From positions 90,024,001 through 90,088,000 of the forward strand of contig NC_043002.1 of the NCBI RefSeq assembly GCF_006345805.1: a stretch of DNA of 64,000 nucleotides, read 5' to 3'. Position 1 is the first letter of the stretch. The number at the start of each line of letters is the position of its first letter. Shown piece by piece: positions 28,740 through 41,719 of the stretch. The notes beneath the pieces are model-generated. The model did no database searches. It saw only the letters and a program-made list of their open reading frames with translations, and was not told where the DNA came from. The translations under genes and the position numbers were made by a program. Source of the stretch: Octopus sinensis. Lineage: Eukaryota.

Positions 28740-29371
28740 ATATATATATATTATATATTATATATATATATATATAATATTATATATATATATAATATAT
28801 ATATATACCTGTGTGGTAAGAAGCTTGCTTCTCAGCCACATGGTTCTGGATTCACTCCCACTGCATGGCACCTTAAGCAAGTGACTTCTACTATAGCCTC
28901 AGGCCTTGTGAGTAGATTTGGTTGACGGAAACTGAAGGAAGCCCGTTGTATATATATATATATGTATGATATATGTATATATATATAATATATGTATATA
29001 TATATATATGTATATATGTATATATATATATAACACCTACGTTATAACACTACGTTTTAGTATAACACCTACGCTAATTCTATAAAGAAGCCTGTCCACA
29101 TAAATATTCTCCTGAATTGAACTGAGACTGCCAGCCGCCACTGACCATCATAATACGACCATCAGGGCACTCCCAGATTCTCCCACCCCCCTTTCCTCAC
29201 CAGCCTTCTCTCTACTACCCTACCAAGAGCTCACAACTACCTCGAACACACAAGTGCAAACAAGGGAGTCAGAGAAAGGCAGATGCCACTTAAATCTGAA
29301 CACTACTATAGAATATTCTTTTTAAAAAAACTTTTCTTCTAATTTTTCTAAATTTAATTATTTAATCGTTA

Positions 29372-29408
29372 CAGTTGAAAGGTCTCAAAATGAAAGAAAC
29401 CGGTACTG
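29372..29408 (+). ncRNA. Degenerate hammerhead-like motif
   Basis: CAG-TTGAAAG...GAAAC-CG-GTA^CTG. The GAAACCGGTA half and a 3-bp stem I are intact; the CTGANGA box and stem II are decayed. Sits in a TA-flanked insert (about 29031-29495). Confidence 0.4.
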
Positions 29409-29789
29409 AAAGTTCACTATAAAATTATTTTAGCATTTTCTATTTTTTACTGTTTTTTCATATATATCAACTCGTGTGTTCCTTTTCAACCCTTATACAT
29501 ATATATATAATATATATATATTATATATATATATATATTATATATATATATATTCCTTTATTCTTTTACATGTTTCAGTCACAAATGACTGCAGCCATGC
29601 AGCCATGCTGGAGCACTGTCTTAGAGGGATTTTAGGAAGAATGTAACGATCGAGGTGAATGACAATGACCTTTCTTGTGCACAGTCTGTGACAGACCATG
29701 TCTGTCTTTTACTGGCTTCAAATCTTATCTGCGAATGCATGGAAAACAAACCTCTACCAACTATTCTGTCTATATGTCTGTGCACATCT

Positions 29790-30005
29790 TTGAATGTAAT
29801 GCTTTGCAAAACCAATGAACATTTCAAGATCCATAAAGAGCAGAACTTATTGGCAGCTCTTGATGGTCCAAATCAGGAGTGCAATCTATGTGGGTCTCTT
29901 TTCAGAACATTGTCTGGTTTAAAAAGCCACATCAGATGCCATGATGGTGCTAAGGTGTAGGTACAGAAGGTGGTCAAACTCTGCATAAGGAGTAGACAAC
30001 CACCA
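29790..30005 (+). mobile_element. RTE (BovB-like) LINE 3' end with terminal C2H2 zinc finger
   Basis: CNLCGSLFRTLSGLKSHIRCH followed by a short 3' UTR. Confidence 0.6.
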
Positions 30006-30036
30006 TATATATATATATTATATATATATATATATT

Positions 30037-30087
<51 letters not shown>

Positions 30088-30089
<2 letters not shown>

Positions 30090-31250
30090 GGAGTTAAACG
30101 CATTTGTTATTCAAATTCTTTTACTTCCAACACATGTTTCAAAGATGTCATTGGTATCATTCCAAAGGAATAAAATGGTGTAAAGCAATGTAATCTTCTC
30201 TTTAGGGAAATGAAGAAATAAATATCGTCAATAAGACATTTTAACAGAATATGATGGATATGTATAATGATGAACTGAATGTTATTAAGTTTTTTTAAAA
30301 AAAGAACATTAGAAGATATAACGTCAAAGAGGAAGGGTAAAGGAAAGAAAAAATCAGAAACCAAAGAAATGAGAAGTATAGAACAATATGTAAATTAAAT
30401 AAAATCCTAAAGTCTTGGAACAAGATATATCTAGTGGAAGTGAAATGTAAGAAGAAAATCAATGTTTAAATTATATATAATGGTAGATATCACCTATATG
30501 AACTAAAGGCGTGTTTCTGCCAATGTTTACATCGGTAAGCACGTTCTGTAACAGTGCTTACAAGGGGATTTTTAGAAAAAAGAATAAAAAATAGTTCACA
30601 ATTACAGGGAAGACAGAATTTCTCGCCTTTATCATAAAGGAATGAAATTAAATTAAATTGTTTATTATTGTCTTTTAGATACCAAATTAATTTACTAAGC
30701 CCTGTACTGTTATGTTTATTCCTATCCCTAAATGTAGAGTAATGATTAGAAATTATTTTAGATAACTGAGAAGAAGAACTACCTATATAAAAAAGACATC
30801 AGTAACTGAAGTAATTTTACACTGGTATATAGAGTTTTTAATTTTAGAATTACTTGACATAAATTTAATTCTATTGGAATTGACTTCAGAGACAATAACC
30901 TTGTTATTAATATTTCTAGGGGGGATGGATGGTATTAGCTAAATTAATGTTATTATTGGTAAATGTATTGTTATTCAACAGACTAATATTATGTGAGGAG
31001 ATAATTTGTAAGAGGTTTTTTGTGTTGGAAAAACCAATCCTAACCGTGTGCAAGTTGATAATAGGGTAATACCTGGGATTCTTTGGAAAATTCCAAATAA
31101 TAGCTTCCTGAAACTGCAAAGGAAGATCAGATTTAATTTGCCTCCCATAAGGAATAATCAACCAAATAGTTTTGCTATTAGTTGCCTTATTTTTAGTGTC
31201 ACTATCTTTAAAAGACATCAATTTACCTTTAGAATGAAAAAAGGGGTTTA
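30088..31250 (-). mobile_element. 5'-truncated Penelope-like element (linker + GIY-YIG endonuclease + 3' pLTR), pseudogenised
   Basis: ORF 30916-31221 (IPY...NFPKN...IINLHTVRIGFSNTKNLLQIISSHN) continues across frameshifts into NSIYQCKI...YIGSS...NHYSTF...STGLSKLIWYLK...CLPCNCE...CKH, with a stop at 30490. Flanked by (TA)n on both sides. Confidence 0.85.
30124..30210 (-). ncRNA. Degenerate hammerhead ribozyme in the 3' pLTR of the Penelope-like element
   Basis: Minus strand: TTTCC-CTAAAGA-GAAGAT.ACATTG...CAATGACATCTTT-GAAAC-ATGT-GTT^GGAAG. All three stems are present; core G5>A and the triplet reads GUU. Confidence 0.65.
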
Positions 31251-31264
31251 AATATTATATATAA

Positions 31265-31311
<47 letters not shown>

Positions 31312-31312
<1 letters not shown>

Positions 31313-31516
31313 TGTTGTATTCGGGGATGGTCATAGATCGTTAGCCACTACACACAATTTTTTTTTCTCTGCTTGTTTTTTCTGTGTCCCTTTCTATAGA
31401 AGAGCATAGGCTAAGACATAAAGACTTTTTCTATTCCTGAGTGTTATACTAATACATCTCTTTGTTTTGTACACCACATGTCTTCGTCTTTTGTTTTTTT
31501 CATAAACTCTCCCTAT
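31312..31516 (+). mobile_element. About 200-bp TA-inserted element with decayed hammerhead-like motif
   Basis: Homologous to 51913-52100 (minus). Motif CTTT-CTATAGAA-GAGCATAGGCT-AAGACATA-AAG at about 31390-31425. Confidence 0.55.
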
Positions 31517-31544
31517 ATGTATATATATATGTATACATTTATAA

Positions 31545-31586
<42 letters not shown>

Positions 31587-32099
31587 TAGTAATAGTATGA
31601 CAACAAAAGAATGAATGAGACCTCGATATTATGTTAAGAGAGGAATTTATCTGTAATATAATTGTCACATATATTACAGATATATATATATATATATATA
31701 TAATGTTTATGTATATATATATATATATATATAATGTTTTATATATATATATATATATCTATATATATATATATAATATATAGATATATATATATATATA
31801 TATACGGCGGTGCATCAGCATGGCTACAGCTCTGAGCTGAGACAAGAAAAACGAAATATATAATGTTTTATATATAATATATATATACATAATATATATA
31901 TGTGTGTGTGTGTGTGTGTGTATGCATGTGTGTCTTTGTGTCTGTGTTTGTCCCCCCCCCACCATTGCTTGTGAGCCAATGTTGGTGTGCTTACAAAGAA
32001 TAAGTCTTGGTGCTGATTTCTTTAACTAAAATTCCTCTAAGGCAGTGCTCCAGCTTGGCTGCAGTTATTTGTGATTAAAACAAGTAAAAGAATTAAAGA

Positions 32100-32161
<62 letters not shown>

Positions 32162-32377
32162 TTGTGTGTGTGTGTTTGTGTGTGTGTGTATGTATGTATG
32201 TATATATACAACATGCCTGCACACACATATCACAAATACATACATTTTATATTGATATACACAAATCTAAACCCTGACAAAGGTAGTCAAATATTGAAAC
32301 CTTTGAAAATGTATGACTCCCTCTATCTCTTTTTCTCATTCTCAAACCCTATGTATGTATGTGTGTATATATATATA

Positions 32378-32413
<36 letters not shown>

Positions 32414-32951
32414 ATTTGTATGTATTTATGCATGTATGTGTTTATGTATATACATGTATATGTGTGTACACATGCATATGAGAACGTGTGTGTGGAAACC
32501 TGCATGAACACTTTTCCTTTGTGATAAGAGCACGTATTGCAATAGTGAACTGATTCTGCAGGATATCGGTTAATATTGCTCGAAAATCACTTGCGAATTG
32601 CTGAGGATTGAAGGGAATCATTTCTCACTATGTGTTTGTTCTGCTTCATTGATTGTTGTGTTCAGCCAGTGGAAATTTTTACACCAAGAGAAAATGCACA
32701 CAAACGCATCCATGTATGTACTAATACTTCAATACACTTACACACACAGACATACACATGCATGCATGTGAACACACACACACTCATGCAGAGCTGTGTT
32801 TATTCTCACATGCATACATATTGTCGATATTGGTGTACAAGCTGATGTAATCCCACATAATCATACATTCAGTCAAAGACATAAACATGGACTGACACAT
32901 GCATCTCGAAATATGAGCACACGTGCACACACACACACACACGCATACACG

Positions 32952-32988
<37 letters not shown>

Positions 32989-33499
32989 ACACACGCTACA
33001 TTTATATTTCCTTTATGTACTGTTCTCTGTTGTACATTCTGCTAGATCCAGCCACCTTGGCCAGAATGTAATTAATGCGGTCATATAAAATCTTGACAGA
33101 ACCTATTGGTAATTTTGATTTTGTTGGATAATGTGTTTAGTTGAGAAATCAGTTCTGTACAGGTGCTGATAAAACGATGCCATCTTCAAGATGATTAACT
33201 TAACTCAATGATGTTGAAATTAATTTTGCAGGAAGTGTAAGTTCTCTAACTGTGCTTGCTTGAACATCAAAGAAGAAATATAAGAAGATTGTTGGTCAGT
33301 ACATCATCTATGGTGTTCCGACTTAGTGGAGCGGGTGTTCGCAAATGTTTTTAGAGATTGTCATCTGTGTCAAGACAATATTGAATATTGATCTCTATTT
33401 TGGCAGTTAGTTGATGGCTTATTGAAAATCACATCCATCAAAACAGTTATTGATTTTTAAAAAACACTTTTCTTTTTCTTTTACTTTTCTTTTGTTTAA

Positions 33500-33564
<65 letters not shown>

Positions 33565-33713
33565 TACACATATATATATATATAGATAGATAGACAAGTG
33601 TGCGTATATATACGTATATAGATGTATATATGCACATATATATATACTCAGAGTAACAGGTTTTATTTAATTTTCTGCTGCTTTAAATAAAGTATATGCA
33701 TAGATATATATAT

Positions 33714-33877
33714 AATGATGATAATGATGATGATGATGATGATGATATATATATATACATATATAAATACATCTATATATGTATGTGTATTTTTTTTTTT
33801 TAAATACACATACATATATAGATGTATTTATATATGTATATATATATATCATCATCATCATCATCATCATCATCATT
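33714..33877. repeat. Near-perfect inverted repeat (about 75-bp arms) built from (GAT)n and TA-rich sequence
   Basis: (GAT)n-ATATATATATACATATATAAATACATCTATATATGTATGTGTATTT, a T-run, then its reverse complement. Confidence 0.85.
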
Positions 33878-33958
33878 TAGCGTCTGCTTTCCATACTAGC
33901 ATGGGTTACACACACACACATATATGCACACGTATATGGATGTATATACATATATAAG

Positions 33959-34003
<45 letters not shown>

Positions 34004-34024
34004 ATATGCATACATATATATGTA

Positions 34025-34091
<67 letters not shown>

Positions 34092-34167
34092 GCATATGTA
34101 TGTATGTATGTATGCATGTATGCATGTATGTATGTATGTATGTATGTGTGTATTTATGTAAATATAT

Positions 34168-35130
34168 ATACTTGGAATTATGAAGGTATTTAAACATCCA
34201 AATAAAATGCAGACAAGTACCCTTCCAATGACAGACACAAGCGAAATCCCACGAAAATTATCACACAGACCCTTTGGCCTTGATTTATACAAGAAGACTA
34301 AAATGGCATCAATCTAGTTTTGAGATACTTTCTCAATTCTCCAACAGTGACAAATTAATATATTTAAGAGTTCAAACATTTTGTCATCCCCATATTTCAA
34401 AACTTCTGCACAGATTCCATCAGACCCTGGAGACTTATTGCTATTCAGCTTATTCACAGCTAAATGAATGTAATTTAGAGTTGGTTCAAATGCCATTTCT
34501 TCTATAACTGAAAGGTGTTTGAGTTTTTCTATTGTACTCATGTCTGCGGATGATGGCCTATTCAAAAGTGCAGAAAAATGTTCTACCCAGCATTTATAAA
34601 TAGAAGTGGTGTCAGTCAGAAGCAAACGTCCATTTGCTGTTCTCACTGGGGCTATTGATGAAGATTTTGGGCCATATACCTTCTTAACATAAGAGTACAA
34701 ACCCTTGGCATCATTTCTATCAGCTGCTTCTTGTGCTCCTTTTGCCCTATCAGTTCACCATTCCTGTTTAATTTTCCTTAGAGCAGTCTGCGCTTTCCTT
34801 TTCAGCTTTCTGTGAGCTTTGTTTGAGTTGGGGTTCAAGAACTGAGAAAGAAGTTTATTGCCTAAGTTTTATTTTTCTAAAAGTAGATCATGAATTTCTG
34901 CTGATCTATCTGAGAATCAGTCACTGGACTTATGTGATTTAAATCCCACTGACGAATTCGCTGCCTGAAATACTTTTGTTTTGAAATCTTCCCATAGATT
35001 GTTTGGGTCAAGATTGATACTTTCTATAGCATCGTGGAATTTTCGCAAGTTGCTTGATAATTTAAAGTTTGCAACATTTAACTTTTCGGGTACCTTAGGA
35101 CCAGACTGTCGATTTTTAGACATTATCGAA
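34168..35130 (-). mobile_element. RTE (BovB-like) LINE fragment, inverted segment upstream of the RT core
   Basis: KKVYGP...WVEHFSALLNRPS...KSPGSDGICAEVLK...[10 protein letters not shown]. Confidence 0.9.
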
Positions 35131-35149
35131 AAATCTATTATCGAAAATC

Positions 35150-35885
35150 TATTTATTAGAACGTTTAAGTACCTTTATAGTTCCAAATATAGTGTCTGAG
35201 TTTCAGTGTGGTTTTCATTCCTCCAGGGGCACAGCTGGTTGTATCTTTATTCTCAGACAATTACAAGAAAAATGCATTGAACAGAATCTTGTTCTATACC
35301 ATTGCTTTGTTGATTTGAGCAAAGCATGCGATACTGTTAATCGAAATGCTTTGTGGCTAATTCTAAGGAAAAATAGGTTGCCAGAAAAACTTGTAAATAT
35401 GATCAGGGCATTGCATCAAGATATGAAAGCTGGAGTTAACTTTGGTGGTAGGCTCTCTGAATCCTTTGTTGTGGAAAATGGAGTAAATCAAGGAGACCTT
35501 GATGCACCCACCCTCTTTGCTATATACTTTGCTGTTGTGTTGTCACATGCTTTTCAAAACTCTGAGGAGGGTATTTACATAAAATATCAAACAGCAGGGA
35601 TTGTTTTTAATCTGACCAGACTGAAATTCAAAACGTAGGTTTTTTCTTCACTCATTAGGGAACTTTTGTATGCTGACAATTGCAATCTTGTCAGTCATTC
35701 TGAAACATGTCTGCAATCACTTGTATCGGTATTTGACTTAGCTTGTGATGGTTTTGGCTTGACCATAAACTTGAACTTGAAAAAAACAGTTGTAATGCAT
35801 AAACCTATATGTGGTGCTGTTTGTAAATCTGCTAACATTTTTGTTAAGGGTTGTTACATGAGGTTGTCGATTCATTCACTCTAAT
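35150..35885 (+). mobile_element. RTE (BovB-like) LINE RT core fragment
   Basis: SEFQCGF..RGT..CIF.LRQLQEKC.EQN...FVDLSKA.DTV...GV.QG...APTLF...LYADN. Confidence 0.92.
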
Positions 35886-36189
35886 TTAATTAACAAGAAT
35901 GATAATCTGAGGTTTGGTGACAACAAGTCTCCTGAAATCTCAAGAATCTTCCTTAGGACTTTTATAGAATGGTACTTTTATAGAATATGGTACATGTAGA
36001 AGTTCTTGGTTAGTATATTTCTCTACAAGAGCTCTTTATTTTATAAGCAATTTGATTAATATATAGAAATTTTAACCTTTGTATTTTGTGGAGGCAGGGT
36101 TTGTGAATTATATGTATTCGCTAAGGATATCAGAATGCAGTTTAAGGTAAGTAATTATCTAGTGCTAATTATGAAGAGAGGCCAGATAA

Positions 36190-37520
36190 TAAACTCTGAT
36201 GATATAAAATTACCACTTATAGATATAAAATTACCACTTATAGATGGTACTTTTCTGCAAATTGACAGTACAGGTTTCTTTCAGTCTTTTAGGTAGCATT
36301 TTATGAGGTATTGTATCAAGTGCATCAGTTTCCACTGGAATAATTGTTGTCTTGGTATTTTAGTCTTTTCAGCACTCTGGTTAGATTCCAATATTTCTCA
36401 ATCTTTTTCAGTTTCTTCAGTATTGACTCTGTTATCATAGAGCATTATTGCAAAGCCTACAATCTTACAGTCTTTGTTTATTTTGTGCTTCAATAGTATG
36501 GTCAGTCTTTATAGGGAGAGTTCTATAAGATCCTGTAATTCTCATTCTCTGTCACAGCTTCTAGTTCATGTTAATACCACTTTCCTCTTGTTTTAAAGCC
36601 ACACACTTGGCTAGCTTCTCAATGCATTATTTTACCTATACAGTCATGCCTACACTTTTATTCTTTTTTGCTAGCTTACTGCACTCACTCAAGAATTGAT
36701 TGATACTTTCTTGCATACTCCACATTTGCTGAATGATTGAGTTTTGTCAAGTTTTACCTTTGTCAGATGGCTTGTTCCTGAGTAGCTATAATTTGCCCTT
36801 GTCTAATGGTTATAATTAGTGCTTTGGTATCTTGCTTCAGGTTTCCATCCATCAGCTAGACCCAGTATTCTTTGCTTCCAATATTCTCAGCTTGTTGCAT
36901 GAATTGACCAAGTAATTCCATCTCTTTCTATTTGCTTGTTCTGTTGTTCTTCCTTCTCTTCTTGAATTCTCCAACTGTTTCTCAGTAACTTTTTGGGAAA
37001 CTGTAGATGCTGATAGTATTCTTTCTTTACTCTGCACAACATAACTCTTTCAACCTCTCTACCATGGTACTAACAGTGTCTTCTGCATTTAGTATTCTCT
37101 GTCTCCTTCCTTTTTTTGGTATGTAGAGTCTATTGGTATTACTTTTAGAGCAGTGTGTGCTGTGGATTGTGAGCAGATTTCTAGTTCTATCCAACTTCTG
37201 GAACTCAACCTTTATCCATTTCAGAAAGGGAGCAAAGTATCTTAATACTAGCATAGCCTATGTACTTATTGCTTTAATGATATTCCCTACATTTAATTTT
37301 ATTTCAAGCAGCTTCCTGATTCTCCTCTTGTATTCTGTACAGATTTTCTCCTCCCTTTATCCTAACACTTTGCAACACCCCTAAGTATTTGTATCTATTG
37401 ATGTTGTCTTGTGGTAATTTTATATCATCAGAGTTTATTATCTGGCCTCTCTTCATAATTAGCACTAGACAATTACTTACCTTAAACTGCATTCTGATAT
37501 CCTTACCGAATACACATAAT
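36190..37520 (-). mobile_element. R4/Dong-like (restriction-like endonuclease) LINE 3' fragment, decayed
   Basis: YKYLGVLQ, KAISTxA..VLRY, LDRTRNLLTIHSTH..KSNTNRLYIPKK, and a downstream AxQ and CCHC-region remnant (ESINQ...C.KLAKK...RHD). Confidence 0.75.
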
Positions 37521-38371
37521 TCACAAACCCAGCCTCTACAAAATACAAAGGTTAAAATTTCTATATATTAATCAAGTTGCTTATAAAATAAAGAGCTCTT
37601 GTAGAGAAATATACTAACCAAGAACTTCTACATGTACCATATTCTCTTGTGAACATCGATGAACAAGATAAACAAATTTCTATGCTAACAACATCATGAC
37701 ATGCTTGACTAATAACTTGCACCTTCCAAATACAAACAGGTAACATGCTAAATAGCATCACAGCAAATAAAGAAACTTACTGACCACCTAAAACATAGCA
37801 ACTACTGACATTCTTTTGTGACCCTTAGAAATTCTATTGCAAAAATCGACAAACCCAGTTACTAAGTTTTTAAATGTTTAGAGTAAACTTTGAATTTTAT
37901 ATTGCCAAAGCAAAGGATTAAATCCAATAAAGCCAAATATAGGTAAAACTAATGACACATTTGCTGACCAAAATCTTCCTTTATCTACCTTTTTCCTTTT
38001 TTGTGAGTCATTAACAAACAATCCCATGACCTAAAGCTGATACACCTAAACTTACACACTTGTTTACAAAGTACTACACACATGAATAAATTCTGAACGT
38101 AGTCATAATCCCAAATTTGATCAATAAAATATTTTCCACAACACACATTGTAACCTAATTACTATTCAATTGAACCCCACAAATCCCGGATAAATTTTTA
38201 TCTCAACAGAGACAGAGACTACATAAAACCAAGATTAACTTAATGCATTATAGTTTGATGATGACTCAGCTGTTCAAAACTTCGAAGTCAAATAGTAAAT
38301 TTGTACTTTAAAAAAGCATAGATTAACTCTTCAGATTAATGTAAGTTATTTTCATTATAACTAATTATGGA

Positions 38372-38423
<52 letters not shown>

Positions 38424-38454
38424 AATGTATGTATGCATTTTTGTATGTGTACAT

Positions 38455-38848
38455 AGGTGCAGGAGTGGCTGTGTGGTAAGTAGCTTGCTTACCAACCACA
38501 TGGATCCAGGTTCAGTCCCACTGCATGGCACCTTGGGCAAGTGTCTTCTACTATAGCCTCGGGCTGACCAAAGCCTTGTGAGTGGATTTGGTAGACGGAA
38601 ACTGAAAGAAGCCCGTCGTATATATGTATATGTGTGTGTGTTTGTGTGTCTGTGTTTGTCTCCCAACATCGCTTGACAATGGATGCTGGTGTGTTTACGT
38701 CCCTGTAACTTAGTGGTTCAGCAAAAGAGACCAATAGAATAAGTACTGGGCTTACTAGGCTGGGGTCGATTTGCTTGACTAAAAGTGGTGCTCCAGCATA
38801 GCCACAGTCAAATGACTGAAACAAGTAAAAGAGTAAAAGAGAGAGAGT
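38455..38848 (+). mobile_element. SINE family A, full length
   Basis: Head-to-tail match to 671-1112. Confidence 0.9.
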
Positions 38849-39848
38849 ATGTATGTGTGTGTATGTATATATATATATATATATATATATCTATATCACC
38901 TTTATATATATATATATATATAAAACTTTGAAATATTAAAAAGATTGACAGTTATAAGTAAGAAAAATGAGATTTGATGTAAATTCTTTCTCTAAATGTA
39001 TTAATCATATAAGGAAAATGAAGTGATTTGAATTTGAAGTCTATTCAGTGTTTAAAGTATATATTTGTTCAGGATTTATCACTACAGTACATTGTGATAT
39101 ATTGATAAATTAAAAAAGCCACAGAATTATATTGACTTTGCTGTTGAATTAAAGTGATTATTGTGTATGAAGAATGATTCCTATTAATTCGTTTGTAATA
39201 GGAATAATTGCAATGTTACTTAATCGATTATTGATGACTTACAGTAAATACACTTAGTTATACGTAATTTTCAGGACCACCACCACCACCACCACCATCG
39301 TTGCTTTAATATTCACTTTTCCATATTTGCTAGGTGGTCAAATAGGGTTTATCAAAACAGCAGATTTTCTATAGATGGATGGCCTTCCTGTCACCAACCC
39401 TCACCTGTTCCCAAACAAGGTAATATTTCCCCATGGAATATTGGAAGTGAATGACACTGCTTATATGACGGTGACACTCATTTACAACTAGCATGTGATG
39501 ACAAGACAAAGAGAGAGAGAGAAAGAGAGAGGGACAGATAGACACAGACACACTCATTCATACACACATACATACATACATACATACATACATACATACA
39601 TACATACATACATACATACATGCAATAGACTTTTATCAGTTTTCATCTACCAAATCTACTTGCTAGGCTTTGGTTGACCCTAGGCTATGAATCTTGAGCA
39701 TTTGTATTTTTTGTTCATTAAGTTGTCTCCCACCTCTTTTATTATAATCTGATTGATAGGCACAATGCCAGTTTGGTTGTGAGGTTTATATTGAATTATG
39801 TCAACACAACTGACCATTGTTTAGTTGTATCAACTCTAGAAGGATGAA

Positions 39849-40085
39849 TGTGGAGGCACGGGGCTTAGTGGTTAGGGTGTTGAACTTATGATTGTAAGGT
39901 TGTGGTTTTAATTCCTGGACCGGGCAATGTGCTGTGTTCTTGAGCAAAACACTTCATTTCACGTTGCTCCAGTCCACTCAGCTGGCAAAAATGAGTAATC
40001 CTGCGATGGACTGGCATCCCGTCCAGGTGGGGAATTTCTACGCCACTGAAATCGGCCCTTATGAGCCTGGCATAGCTCGAGAAGG
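39849..40085 (+). mobile_element. SINE family D, tail variant 3
   Basis: GTGGAGGCAC.GGGCTTAGTGGTTAGGG head, shared core GTTCTTGAGCAAAACACTTCATTTCAC, distinct tail CCTGCGATGGACTGGCATCCCGTCCAGG. Confidence 0.75.
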
Positions 40086-40297
40086 AATTTTTGAAGGATG
40101 AATGGAAAGTCAATGGTAGCCCCACATTTTCTCTAAATTTTCATCATTCTCAAAGTTGGAGGTGATGTATGTGAGGGAATGAAGTTTAAATGGGCACCCT
40201 TTGGTAGCAGGGTCTTCGTGAATTGTCATATCAACTAAATATTAGTCACTGTACTCAGCACACTGAAATAAATTTAATTATAAATTATAATAGCTGC

Positions 40298-40655
40298 AGG
40301 CATAGCTGTGTGGTAAGAAGCTTCCTTCCAAACCACATGGTTCTGGGTCAGCCCCACTGCATGGCACTTTGGGTAAATGTCTTCTACAGCATCAGGCTGA
40401 CCAAAGCCTGGTCAGTGTATTTGGTAGATGGAAACTGAAAGAAGCTCATTGTGTGTGTATTTGTGTTTATGTTCCCCCACTACTGCTTGACAACTGGTGT
40501 TGATGTGTTTATGTCCCCATAACTTAGTTGTTTAGCAAAAGAGACCAATAGAATAAGTACTAGAGTTGATTTGTTCAACTAAAATACCCTTCAAGGTGGT
40601 GCCTCAGCATGGCCACAGCCAGTCAAATAACTGAAACAAGAAAAAGATAAAAGAT
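40298..40655 (+). mobile_element. SINE family A, diverged
   Basis: Head and tail match. Confidence 0.8.
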
Positions 40656-40669
40656 AAAACAAACCATAG

Positions 40670-41457
40670 CTGGAGTAAATAACCCTTCAATTCTAGGACT
40701 TGTGAGACTGCAACCAGACAAATACTTGCGGTCAAGCATCTACCATGCACTGAACATCTTGTTTCCCTGATGTCTGGACACATTAAAGCTCTGATATCTG
40801 GCAACTGACATGGTAGATACACACAAGAATATCCTCCATCATTCCAACAACAATTTCGAGCGTCTTTTTGAATTTGATATGTCTAACACTCTTGGACATT
40901 CTTTACCAAATCAAAAAAAACAACTCAACACCCATGACCTTCAGAAACATTTTTTTCATGCTCAAATTTGCTGCATCAGTTGTTAGCTGTCAGGACACTA
41001 CATCCTTCAAAACTTCCATGCTTCTTGAAATTCACCAATGGTACACCTGATGCCCCCCACCCCTTTTTTTTCCTTTTTTTTAATGATTTATTCATTGTTT
41101 ACTTTCTATGCATCATTCTATGTACTGTGCATGCAGTTTTAGTTACATTTTCTTATTTCTTTATTACCCACAAGGGGCTACATGCAGAGGGGACAAACAA
41201 GGGCAAACAAACGGATTAAGTCGATTATATTGACCCCAGTGCATAACTGGTGCTTATTTAATCGACCCCAAAAGGATGAAAGGCAAAGTCGACCTCGGCA
41301 GAATTTGAACTCAGAATGTAGTGGCAGACGAAATACCGCTAAGCATTTTGGCTGGCGTGCTAACATTTCTGCCAGCTTGCCGCCTTTGTTTTAGTTACAT
41401 TTTCTGATGAATTGTAGTGCACCTAAACACTGTATGCAATAAGTTCATTATTATTAC
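40670..41457 (+). mobile_element. Decayed CR1/L2 3' fragment interrupted by SINE family B (41155-41385)
   Basis: Similar to 14917-15372, including the tail GATGAATTGTAGTGCACCT...CACTGTA...ATTATTATT. Confidence 0.65.
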
Positions 41458-41719
41458 TGTCCAAATTGGATGGGAAACTGATGGACTTAGGCTTCACTAT
41501 TGAGCTAGAAATAGAGGCCACATATGGAGAGTCTTCTTTGTGATTCTGTCACTCACCATAAATGCTATGAGGGAGGTGTAAACTATTTCCTCCATAACTG
41601 AATGGATCAAGGCTGAGAAGTATCCTAATTATATTTTTCAACACATTGTATTTGAGGTGTTTAGGGTAACTGGACCACTGACTATGAAACTTTTGTTATT
41701 GCCTTGCCAAAGTATCAGG

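Noticed and set aside
29655-29960. C2H2 zinc-finger ORFs (also 45134-45604) as host zinc-finger genes
   Set aside because: Single fingers followed by LINE-type tails; they fit RTE ORF C-termini better.
33222-33243. Possible 5-nt microexon TTTTGCAG|GAAGT|GTAAGT
   Set aside because: Such splice-like motifs arise by chance in 64 kb, and it cannot be supported without transcripts.
35671-35716. CTGACAA...GAAACATGTC resembling a hammerhead
   Set aside because: It is the YADD-coding region of the RTE RT; no stem II closes next to the core.
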